A stretch of 17,691 nucleotides of DNA from Candidatus Aenigmatarchaeota archaeon (GTDB lineage Archaea > Aenigmatarchaeota > Aenigmatarchaeia > CG10238-14 > SCSR01). The stretch lies in NCBI GenBank assembly GCA_039000165.1, contig JAWBTW010000015.1, positions 1-17,691 of the forward strand, in the 5' to 3' direction. Shown here one piece after another: positions 1 to 8,140 of the stretch (the stretch's first letter is position 1; every line of letters starts with the position of its first letter). The notes under the pieces were generated by a model. That model searched no databases. It saw nothing but the letters and a program-made list of their open reading frames with translations, and was not told where the DNA came from. The position numbers were made by a program, and so were the translations under genes.

Positions 1-2
1 TA

Positions 3-3000
3 AAGGACAATTTAAACATAACAATAATTTTACCTTTACCTAACTCAATTTATCATGTTAGTGAAACAATTCTTTTGAACTCGACTATAAACGATTCTTG
101 TGGTCTAGCTACTTATAACTATAGCGTGATTTGGTTTGGGGATGGTAAAACAGATCCAGGTTTAAGCACTTGCAGTATGAGCGTTGAAGGAGAAAATTCA
201 TCCTATAACGTGGCAAGCAACTGCATGCCAGGCATATTTTTAATAAAAGCAAACGCCTCTGGTGAACTTTACAACTCAGACCAAAAAAACGTTAGCGTGT
301 GGATTTATGGTTGGAGTCAGGTTAACTTTACCTTTCCTTTAAATGAAACTAGGGTAAACAAGGCAGAAAGAGAAATGCTAGACTTAGTTTGTCAAGTAAA
401 AGACCCAAGCTCGCCTGTTCAAGAGCTTGAGAATTATCCTGTTTACTTCTGGGACTTAACATCAGGAGAAGAGTTTTTAGCTCAAGTTAAAACAAACCTC
501 ACAGGCTATGCAAAATATTCTTGGAACATAACTAACATAACCGATTTAGCTCAAGTTAAATGTAACATAAGTAATACAAACATAACCTTTTATAGGTATT
601 ATAATGCTTCTGTAAAAGAAAGTTACATAACTTTCAATATAATAGAAAACGATACAAAAGCTCCGACAATAGAAAATTTAAAAGCAGAACCTGCAATTCT
701 TGGTGAAAGCGTTAAAATAGAAGCTAATGTTTCAGATAAGTATGGGGTAGATAAGGTTTGGGTAAACGTTAGCTTTCCAAATTCTTCTTTTGTAGTTTAT
801 TACTTGCAAAACAAAACTTCTCAAATTACCAACACAACATGGGAAGTTGTAATTCCAGGATTAAACTTAGGAGATTACGATTTTGTACTTTTTGCTAACG
901 ATACTTCTAATAATATTGCTAACACAACAAGCTGGTTTGAAATTTATCAACCAATTCAAATGTATTTGAACGCAAGCTTTCCAATAGACTTTACTTTCTT
1001 CAGACCAGGAAAAGAAATAATAATCCATAGGTTTTCTTATCCTCCAGGAAATTACAATTTTACTCTGCATAAAAGAACTTATGATTGGTTGATAAAAATT
1101 GGTGAAAACTGGATAAAAATTTTCAATTTCAACACAACAAGAACTTCTGAGCTTCAGTTTAATAGTAGCGATGCAAACTTAACAAATCCGATAAACATTT
1201 CCTTGATTAGCGTAAGCCTAATCGACTTGCCAAAGCCTGAGAAGTATAAGATATCTGCTTTCGAAATAAAAACAAACGCTTCCTACTTAAACTTACTAAT
1301 AACTTTCAACTATTCAAAAGATTTGAACGAAGGAAGAATTTGGTTTGAGCCAGGGATTAAAATTTTCAAGTGTGCTAACTGGAGCTACCCAAATTGCTAT
1401 TCAGGTTGGGTTGAAGTAAGTAGTAATTTAGACCTAACAAATCATCTCATCTCTACACTTCAAACTTCACCCTCAGTTTATACTGCCGCAGAAATTGAGG
1501 TATGTGGAAACGGAAAATGTGGATACGGAGAATCTTGTGTTAATTGTCCAGAAGACTGTGGTTCTTGCGGCCCAACATATACTCCTCCTGCAGGAGGAGG
1601 GGGAGGAGCCGGTGCTCCTTCGTTACCACCTGAAACTATTCCAACAGAAGAAATTAAGTTTAGCATAAGAACAAACCTATCCGAAGCTCAAATAAACATA
1701 AACGAAACAAAGTATTTTGCTCTGTGGATTTTGAACGAGATGAGCTCAAGAATGAACTTTACAGTTTCGATTTCTGGTTCTATCACTGATTTGGTTAAAA
1801 TAGAAAGAGATTTCATCTCAGTTAATCCAAAAACTGAAGGTATGTTACTAATAGAAGCTTACGCTCCTCCAAGAACTGAGTTAGGAACTTATACAGGCAC
1901 AATATACGTTACAACAGCAAGAAAAACTCAAAACTTACCAGTAACTTTAACTGTTTCTCTTAAAGGTTTGGTTGAATTAGACATAATGGCAGAAGCTTTA
2001 ACAAAACAAGTCAATCCTGATAGGGTAGCAAGGTTCAGGATCGTTCTGTATAATTTAGGAGTAAAGAAAAACTTTGACGCAAACTTTACCTTTATAATTC
2101 AAGACCCAGAAACAAAAGAAATAATCTTTTCAACTAGCAAGATTAAATCTCTTCAATCATCTTACGAATCTTTTATTGAGGAATTTTATATTCCTCAAAA
2201 CATTTCCTTAGGCCAATACCTTTTTGTTGTAGAAGCTGAATACGATGGAAAAAAGAAAAGTTCTTCTGATTTGTTCGAAGTAGTTCAACCTTTCTGGACG
2301 CCTGCAAGAATTCAACTAGCAACGATTCTTTTAGTTGCTTTGTTCTCAGTTTTTTCATTCTTCTACGCAAGAAGCTACTATAAAAAATGGAAGCTAAAAA
2401 CAGCACGCTACATAGCTCCTGTTAAACCAGGAAAATTGCCAAAGGGCGAACTTTGGCTTGGAAAAGTTGCTGAAATCAGGGCAAAGGCAACTTTTGCTAT
2501 GGACGATTTAACAACTCACGTTTTAGTTGCAGGAGCTACAGGTTCTGGAAAATCTGTTACTGCAAGCCTGTTTGTTGAAGAATTGCTTGAGAAAAAGATT
2601 CCTGTAGTAGTTTTTGACCCCACAGCTCAGTGGACCGGATTTGTTAGGCCATGCAAAGACCCAAAAGTTCTTAAGTATTACAGAGCTTTTGGTCTTTCTC
2701 CTGAAGAGGCAAAACCTTACAAAGGTTTGATATTTGAAGTTACAAGCCCAAAAGTGGATATAGATTTCAAAAAGCTAATGAACCCAGGAGAAATTACAAT
2801 ATTCACTTTAGATAAACTTAAGCCTGGACAATATGATGAAGCAGTAACTCATATAATAGATACGATATTTGCTCAAGGATGGGAAGAGTCATCAAGCTTA
2901 AGGTTGGTAATAGTTTTCGACGAAGTTCACAGGTTGCTTGAAAAGTACGGGGGAAAAGGAGGTTACATAGCTTTGGAAAGAGCTTGCAGAGAGTTTAGAA

Positions 3001-3509
3001 AATGGGGAATAGGTTTAATAATGGTTTCCCAGGTTTTAAGCGATTTTAAGGAAGCTATAAAGGGTAATGTTTTGACAGAGATTCAAATGCACACTAAAAG
3101 TTTAGCAGATTTGGCAAGAATAGAAAAGAAGTATGGTTTAGAGTATGCTAAAAGGGTTGCAAGACTTGAGGTAGGAGTAGGCTTAATACAAAATCCAAAG
3201 TATAACGAGGGAATTCCTTGGTTCATTTCTTTTAGGCCGCCGTTACACATGCCTCACAAGATTCCAGAAAAAGAGCTTAAGATGTACAAAGACTTTAGCA
3301 AAGCGATAGAGGAAATAGAAAAAGAGCTTGAAATAATAGAAAAGGCAGGGATGGATATATTTGAATTCAAAACAGAATTAAAATTAGCTAAGGATAAGCT
3401 AAAGCAGGGCAGCTTTAGAATGGCTGAAATTTACATAACTTCCTTGAGAAAGAAGCTTGTTGACTTTTGGATAGGTAAGTATGGAGAGGGTAAGTATAGA
3501 AGAAAATGA
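3..3509 (+). CDS. Large cell-surface glycoprotein fused through one TM helix to a C-terminal HerA/VirB4-like (DUF87-type) P-loop ATPase; 5'-partial
   Basis: The frame is open from nt 3 (KDNLNITIILPLPNSIYHVSETIL...), so the TTG at 75 is probably internal and the gene starts upstream. About 35 N-x-S/T sequons (hand count) lie before the TM segment IQLATILLVALFSVFSFFYA (2310-2369) and none after it. A basic stretch RSYYKKWKLK follows the TM. Walker A GATGSGKS at 2532-2555 in the context THVLVAG...VVVFDP; Walker B VIVFDEVH at 2907-2930; REFRKWGIGLIMVSQ matches the arginine-finger/Gln-sensor region of the family. Confidence 0.88.
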   Translation, partial: KDNLNITIILPLPNSIYHVSETILLNSTINDSCGLATYNYSVIWFGDGKTDPGLSTCSMSVEGENSSYNVASNCMPGIFLIKANASGELYNSDQKNVSVWIYGWSQVNFTFPLNETRVNKAEREMLDLVCQVKDPSSPVQELENYPVYFWDLTSGEEFLAQVKTNLTGYAKYSWNITNITDLAQVKCNISNTNITFYRYYNASVKESYITFNIIENDTKAPTIENLKAEPAILGESVKIEANVSDKYGVDKVWVNVSFPNSSFVVYYLQNKTSQITNTTWEVVIPGLNLGDYDFVLFANDTSNNIANTTSWFEIYQPIQMYLNASFPIDFTFFRPGKEIIIHRFSYPPGNYNFTLHKRTYDWLIKIGENWIKIFNFNTTRTSELQFNSSDANLTNPINISLISVSLIDLPKPEKYKISAFEIKTNASYLNLLITFNYSKDLNEGRIWFEPGIKIFKCANWSYPNCYSGWVEVSSNLDLTNHLISTLQTSPSVYTAAEIEVCGNGKCGYGESCVNCPEDCGSCGPTYTPPAGGGGGAGAPSLPPETIPTEEIKFSIRTNLSEAQININETKYFALWILNEMSSRMNFTVSISGSITDLVKIERDFISVNPKTEGMLLIEAYAPPRTELGTYTGTIYVTTARKTQNLPVTLTVSLKGLVELDIMAEALTKQVNPDRVARFRIVLYNLGVKKNFDANFTFIIQDPETKEIIFSTSKIKSLQSSYESFIEEFYIPQNISLGQYLFVVEAEYDGKKKSSSDLFEVVQPFWTPARIQLATILLVALFSVFSFFYARSYYKKWKLKTARYIAPVKPGKLPKGELWLGKVAEIRAKATFAMDDLTTHVLVAGATGSGKSVTASLFVEELLEKKIPVVVFDPTAQWTGFVRPCKDPKVLKYYRAFGLSPEEAKPYKGLIFEVTSPKVDIDFKKLMNPGEITIFTLDKLKPGQYDEAVTHIIDTIFAQGWEESSSLRLVIVFDEVHRLLEKYGGKGGYIALERACREFRKWGIGLIMVSQVLSDFKEAIKGNVLTEIQMHTKSLADLARIEKKYGLEYAKRVARLEVGVGLIQNPKYNEGIPWFISFRPPLHMPHKIPEKELKMYKDFSKAIEEIEKELEIIEKAGMDIFEFKTELKLAKDKLKQGSFRMAEIYITSLRKKLVDFWIGKYGEGKYRRK

Positions 3510-4395
3510 AAAGCTGAAAGAACTGAAGGAAAAATATGGAGTAACAGAGGAAATTCCTGAAAGGAAGTTAGAGGAAGAAGTTAAGAAGAAAAAAGGTTCA
3601 AAAACAGAAATCGAAGAAATAACTTTACCAGAGCTTCTTTTAAGAGTTGAAAAGATTGAGGGTAAAATCGAAATTTTGACAGATTTTAAAAGAAGCATAG
3701 ACGAGAGAGTTGAGGCAATATCAGAAGGTCTTGGTGAACTTAGATCTACGCTTCTGGAAAAAGAAAAACTATTAACAAGAATGGAAAAAGATGTGCAAAC
3801 AGTTTTAGATTCTGTTTCTGAACTTGATTTGGAGAAGATAAAGAAAATGGTTTCAAAAAGAGATGTTGAAATAGAAGAAATAAAGGCTAATTTGGAAAAG
3901 CTTGATGCGATGATAAAGGATGTTCAAAAGCAACTGAAAGACTTCTTTGACGCTATGGAAAAGATAAAAAACATTGAAAGCTTGATTCTTGCGTCCGAAA
4001 AACTTGACAAGAAAATAGATAAGATAGAAGAAGCAAAAATCTACATAACAAAAACTGCTTCAAAGGTAGAATCTATATTTACTGAGCTAAGCGAAAAAGC
4101 GAGCTTGATAGAAAGACAGAAAAACGATATAGAAAAAATAAAAGATTTAAGTATGGAAATTGTCAGAACCTTAGATGAGCTAAGCCTAAAGCTTACTAAG
4201 TTTGTTAAAAAAGAAGAATTGGATGAGTTAAGAAAAGAAATAGAGAGAAGACTGGGAGGGAAGATTGAGATTAAGAAAGAAGCAAAACCAAAAGAAGAAG
4301 AAACTAAACTAAAAGAGGAGAAAAAACCGGAAGAAAGGGAAGAAGATGTCTGGGCTAGCTTAAGAGAAAAGTGGAAGAGGCTTGCCTCTTATTAG
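3481..4395 (+). CDS. Uncharacterised long coiled-coil protein (K/E-rich)
   Basis: 304 aa ORF with heptad-like L/I periodicity over most of its length. It overlaps the upstream gene by 29 nt and ends in DVWASLREKWKRLASY. The exact start is uncertain. Confidence 0.8.
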   Translation: MERVSIEENEKLKELKEKYGVTEEIPERKLEEEVKKKKGSKTEIEEITLPELLLRVEKIEGKIEILTDFKRSIDERVEAISEGLGELRSTLLEKEKLLTRMEKDVQTVLDSVSELDLEKIKKMVSKRDVEIEEIKANLEKLDAMIKDVQKQLKDFFDAMEKIKNIESLILASEKLDKKIDKIEEAKIYITKTASKVESIFTELSEKASLIERQKNDIEKIKDLSMEIVRTLDELSLKLTKFVKKEELDELRKEIERRLGGKIEIKKEAKPKEEETKLKEEKKPEEREEDVWASLREKWKRLASY

Positions 4396-4431
4396 AAAAA
4401 AGATTAAAGATAAGAAAACAAATTAATAATC

Positions 4432-5205
4432 ATGACAAGGATTATAGGTATAATTTCTGGTAAGGGTGGGGTTGGTAAAACAACACTAACTACAAACTTA
4501 TCCTATGCCATAGCTCAACTTGGCCAGGAAGTTATTGCCATAGATGCTAACATAACTACTCCTCACTTAGGCTTATCCTTAGGTTATCAGTTTGTCCCAA
4601 AAGGTTTACAAAATGTTTTGAGAGAAGGAATAAGTTTGGAGGATGTAATTTATTCTCATCCTTTTGGGTTTAAAGTTGTTCCATCAGTTTTAAACGTCCA
4701 TGAACTTAAAGATGTTGACATAGGGAAGCTACCAGAAATAACTTTAAACCTGATAGGAAAAGCTGACTTTGTTTTTCTTGATTGCGCTCCTGGCTTGGGA
4801 AGAGAAGCCACTTCAGCAATTCTCTCTGCTTCTGAGTTTTTACTCGTGGTGAACCCAGAAATGCCAAGCGTGATCGATGCTTTAAGAACTGCTTCCGTAG
4901 TAAAAAGTTCTAATAAGGAAATTTTAGGAGTTGTAGTCAACAGAGTAAGAAAAAAACCTTATGAGCTTAAGAAAGAGGAAATAGAAGAAATTCTTGGACT
5001 TCCTGTGTTGGTAGAGATTCCTGAGGATAAAAACGTGCAAAAAAGTCTTTCGCTCAAAGTTCCTGTTTTAAGCCTTTACCCGGATTCACCAGCAGCTATT
5101 GAAATAAAAAAACTTGCCTACTCGCTTTGCGGTTTTCCTTTCAAAGCTAAAAAACCAAGGCTTAACTTAATCCAAAGACTTGTTAATTGGATGATAAAAG
5201 AATAG
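4432..5205 (+). CDS. minD: Archaeal MinD/ParA-family ATPase
   Basis: Deviant Walker A SGKGGVGKTT, IAIDAN, VFLDCAPG, GVVVNRV, EIPED, and a C-terminal amphipathic segment LIQRLVNWMIKE resembling a membrane-targeting sequence. Confidence 0.9.
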   Translation: MTRIIGIISGKGGVGKTTLTTNLSYAIAQLGQEVIAIDANITTPHLGLSLGYQFVPKGLQNVLREGISLEDVIYSHPFGFKVVPSVLNVHELKDVDIGKLPEITLNLIGKADFVFLDCAPGLGREATSAILSASEFLLVVNPEMPSVIDALRTASVVKSSNKEILGVVVNRVRKKPYELKKEEIEEILGLPVLVEIPEDKNVQKSLSLKVPVLSLYPDSPAAIEIKKLAYSLCGFPFKAKKPRLNLIQRLVNWMIKE

Positions 5206-6861
5206 TCATTTCAAAATTTCAACCTCTAACTCAAAAGCAGCTACAGGCATCTCTAAATTCCAGTTTTCAAGAACTAAAGGATGAAACTCACCAACAAGCC
5301 CTACTTGCTTATCTTTAATAAAAACGCCCGCAACTCTCCCTTGGATAAAACTTTCATGCTTTATTGGCTTAAGTTTATATGGAATTTCAAAGCTAGATAG
5401 CAAAGAATCTAGAACAGAAGAAATGTCTTCGTAGGTTGCTTTTGTGTCAGAAATAGCACAAGCAAGCTTTCTTATTTCTCTAGTTTTTGTTTCCTTTTCT
5501 TCATCTACAACAACGCAAACTCCGATTTCAAAAATTTTTTGTGGGTATTCTATATGCTTGTTGTTAGAAAGGAAGTCGAGCAAGCTTGGTAAAAGCCAAT
5601 TCCTAAAAACACTCCAACTTGAAGAAACTGGATTTTCTATTTCAACTACATTTTCTTCTTTCAAATTCATTTTTTTGAAAAGATTTTCTTTACTTGTTAA
5701 GTTGTAGGATAAAATCTCTTGAAAGCCTAGACCTATCATGATTTCAGCTACTTTGTTTGAGAATTCTTCCATTTCGTCAATTTTTCCTATAGTATGAATT
5801 CTTGGATATTTTGGTTTTATTTTTTCATAGCCGTAAGATATTAGTATATCTTCAACTATATCTCTAGCGTGCATTATATCTTGTCTGTAGGCAGGATAAA
5901 CTACTTCAATTTTATTTCCCTTTATTTTTGCGTCATATCTTGCTTCTTCCAAAAGCTCACAAGCTTCCTTTTCTTTCAAGCTTAAACCAGAAACTTTGTT
6001 TATGTACCCTAGACTAACTTCAAATTTTTTTGGTTCTAAGTTAGGAGTTACCATAATCTTTTCAGGGTAAATTATTTTCACGCTTTCTATTTTTCCTCTT
6101 CTTTCAGCTAAAGCGGTTACCACCGCGTTCAAAGCAGGGATTAAAAAGTTAAAGTTAAAACCGCTACATTCGATAAAAACATTTTTTGTTTTTGTTGTAA
6201 CCTTTCCACTATAATTTGAGTTTATTATTGGTGGAAGCGAAAGAACTTCGTTACTTGAATCAATAAAAATAGGATATTCGCTAAAACCTTGAAGTAAATA
6301 TCCATACTCTTTTCCCTTAGGATGCTTTTCCAGAATTTCTTTTGGGGTTAGTTCCTCTTCAAAATCAAGAGGGACAAATTTTATTTCTTCCGGCTTAACA
6401 GTAGTGTATCTTATAGGAGGTTTAATCCTGTCTAGCTCATAAATTCCAAGAGCAACTTCTTTTCTATTTCTTCCAAAAGTTGTACAAATTTTTTCCTGAA
6501 GCTGAATGATTTGTGACAAAACATTCTCGTCTATTTTCAAATCTCTTACAACTGCGCACACAGTTAAAGGCCTAACTTTTGAAACTTTTTTATCAACCAT
6601 TACTTCTACTCTTGATCTTTCAACCTTATACCTAGGACAGCCTTTTTCCTTTCCTATTCTTCCTTTAATTTCTCTTGCAATCCCTTCTACTGACCAAAGT
6701 TCTGGCCTGTTAGTGTCTTTAACTTCAATTTTAAGCAAATCTCCCTCTACACTTTCAACTTCACTTTTTGCATATCTTACCAATTCCTTAACCTCTTCTA
6801 AGGATAGTTTCTTTCCTACCAAGCTGCACAAATCCTTGAATGAAACTTCTATAGTAGGCAT
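5206..6861 (-). CDS. pheT: Phenylalanine--tRNA ligase beta subunit (archaeal type)
   Basis: MPTIEV start, DTNRPELWSVEGIAR, SLPPIINS, PAYRQDIMHARDIVEDILISYGY, GEFHP; 551 aa; 4 nt downstream of pheS. Confidence 0.97.
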   Translation of the reverse strand: MPTIEVSFKDLCSLVGKKLSLEEVKELVRYAKSEVESVEGDLLKIEVKDTNRPELWSVEGIAREIKGRIGKEKGCPRYKVERSRVEVMVDKKVSKVRPLTVCAVVRDLKIDENVLSQIIQLQEKICTTFGRNRKEVALGIYELDRIKPPIRYTTVKPEEIKFVPLDFEEELTPKEILEKHPKGKEYGYLLQGFSEYPIFIDSSNEVLSLPPIINSNYSGKVTTKTKNVFIECSGFNFNFLIPALNAVVTALAERRGKIESVKIIYPEKIMVTPNLEPKKFEVSLGYINKVSGLSLKEKEACELLEEARYDAKIKGNKIEVVYPAYRQDIMHARDIVEDILISYGYEKIKPKYPRIHTIGKIDEMEEFSNKVAEIMIGLGFQEILSYNLTSKENLFKKMNLKEENVVEIENPVSSSWSVFRNWLLPSLLDFLSNNKHIEYPQKIFEIGVCVVVDEEKETKTREIRKLACAISDTKATYEDISSVLDSLLSSFEIPYKLKPIKHESFIQGRVAGVFIKDKQVGLVGEFHPLVLENWNLEMPVAAFELEVEILK

Positions 6862-6865
6862 GACC

Positions 6866-8104
6866 TTACCTCTTTATGCTAATTTCCCTCAACCATTTCA
6901 AATTTCTCGAAAATAACTCTCTTATATCATTTATCCCAATTTTTACCATAGCTAGCCTATCAACCCCAAAACCCCAGGCAAGCACAGGAAGTCTTATTCC
7001 TAGGGCTTCTGTTAGCTCTTCCCTAAAGATTCCTGCTCCGCAAACCTCACTCCAACCTAAGGTCGGATGTTTAACTAGAACTTCACAAGAAGGTTCTGTG
7101 AAAGGGAAATAAGCTTCTACAAACTTTACCTCATAATTTCCAACTATTTCCTCAACAAATTTTTTGAGTAGCCCAAGTAAATCACTAAAGCTAAGGTTCT
7201 CGTCTATAACTATTCCTCCCATTTGTGTGAATTCTATGCTATGCTTTGCATCAGGGACTTCAGGCCTATAAACCCTTACTATCTGAAAGTATTTACCAGG
7301 AATTTCCAATTCTTTTGAAGCAAGAATCATTGGTGATAAAGCCGTGTCATGAGCAACAGGCATAAGCTGAGAAGCTTTTTTTTCATCCCACTTATATTTC
7401 CAGTATTTCTCATGCACTTCCTTAACTTTTTTTGCTATCTCAGGAAGCTTTCCATACTTTGGGTTCTTTAAGCTAAAGGTCTGGCTCCAGTCCCTTGCAG
7501 GATGGTTTTGCGGTTGAAACAAAGCGTCAAAATTCCAGAATTCTGTTGTTACTACAATGCTTCTTACTTCTTTAAAACCAAGCTCTGCCAGTTTTCTTCT
7601 CATTTCATTTAAAAACTTAACATAAGGATGTCTTTTCCCAGGGTAAATTTTTTTTCCAACAATTTCAACGTTGTAAGGCTTGAAATTAACTTCTCTCCAA
7701 AATCCAGTTTTAATAAGCTCTGGCGTAAGGTAGGTTATTTCTTTTCCTTTTAATTTCTTTACCTCTTCCTCTTCCTTAACAACTTTTCTAACTAACTTTC
7801 TAGAAAGTAAAACTTTTATTACTTCTTCACTTACTTCTTCACTTTTTTCTATCTTTTCTAGAGCTTCTTGAAGCTCAATTCTTTGAGGAGCTTTAACTAA
7901 AATTATTTTATTCCCTTTTTTCTCAACCCACTTATTTTCCATAGCCCATTTCAAAGCTATGGAAAAATTTTTTATTTTGTTGCTTGCCTCTTTAATTTCT
8001 AGAGTTTTTTCTTTTTTTGAAATTAAAAGCTCAACAAGCCTTTTTTCTGGCAAACCTTCTTTTAAATACTCCTTTCCTTCTTCTGTAAGCTCATACTTTG
8101 CCAT
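6866..8104 (-). CDS. pheS: Phenylalanine--tRNA ligase alpha subunit (archaeal type, short N-terminus)
   Basis: FWNFDALFQPQNHPARD, YFPFTEPS, motif 3 AWGFGVDRLAM, DIRELFS; adjacent to pheT. Confidence 0.96.
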   Translation of the reverse strand: MAKYELTEEGKEYLKEGLPEKRLVELLISKKEKTLEIKEASNKIKNFSIALKWAMENKWVEKKGNKIILVKAPQRIELQEALEKIEKSEEVSEEVIKVLLSRKLVRKVVKEEEEVKKLKGKEITYLTPELIKTGFWREVNFKPYNVEIVGKKIYPGKRHPYVKFLNEMRRKLAELGFKEVRSIVVTTEFWNFDALFQPQNHPARDWSQTFSLKNPKYGKLPEIAKKVKEVHEKYWKYKWDEKKASQLMPVAHDTALSPMILASKELEIPGKYFQIVRVYRPEVPDAKHSIEFTQMGGIVIDENLSFSDLLGLLKKFVEEIVGNYEVKFVEAYFPFTEPSCEVLVKHPTLGWSEVCGAGIFREELTEALGIRLPVLAWGFGVDRLAMVKIGINDIRELFSRNLKWLREISIKR

Positions 8105-8140
8105 AATTTTAAAATATCGTTTTAAACAGTTAAAAATTAG

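Noticed and set aside
75..77. TTG start for the large ORF as given in the ORF track
   Set aside because: The frame is open to the window edge and no signal peptide follows this TTG; the real start is probably upstream.
2450..3250. Calling the ATPase a canonical DNA-repair HerA or a conjugative-element VirB4
   Set aside because: No HAS barrel (a TM and surface region take its place), and no nurA/mre11/rad50, integrase, relaxase or other T4SS genes in the window; upstream context is unseen.
867..3698. Minus-strand ORFs 867-1070, 1478-1666, 2173-2406 and 3399-3698
   Set aside because: Short antisense shadows of well-supported genes with no motifs; the Pro run in 1478-1666 simply mirrors the Gly linker.
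3481..4395. Coiled-coil protein as SMC/Rad50, CdvA or an ESCRT-III homolog
   Set aside because: No Walker motifs, hinge or zinc hook, and no family-specific motif I can recognise; coiled-coil similarity alone is uninformative.
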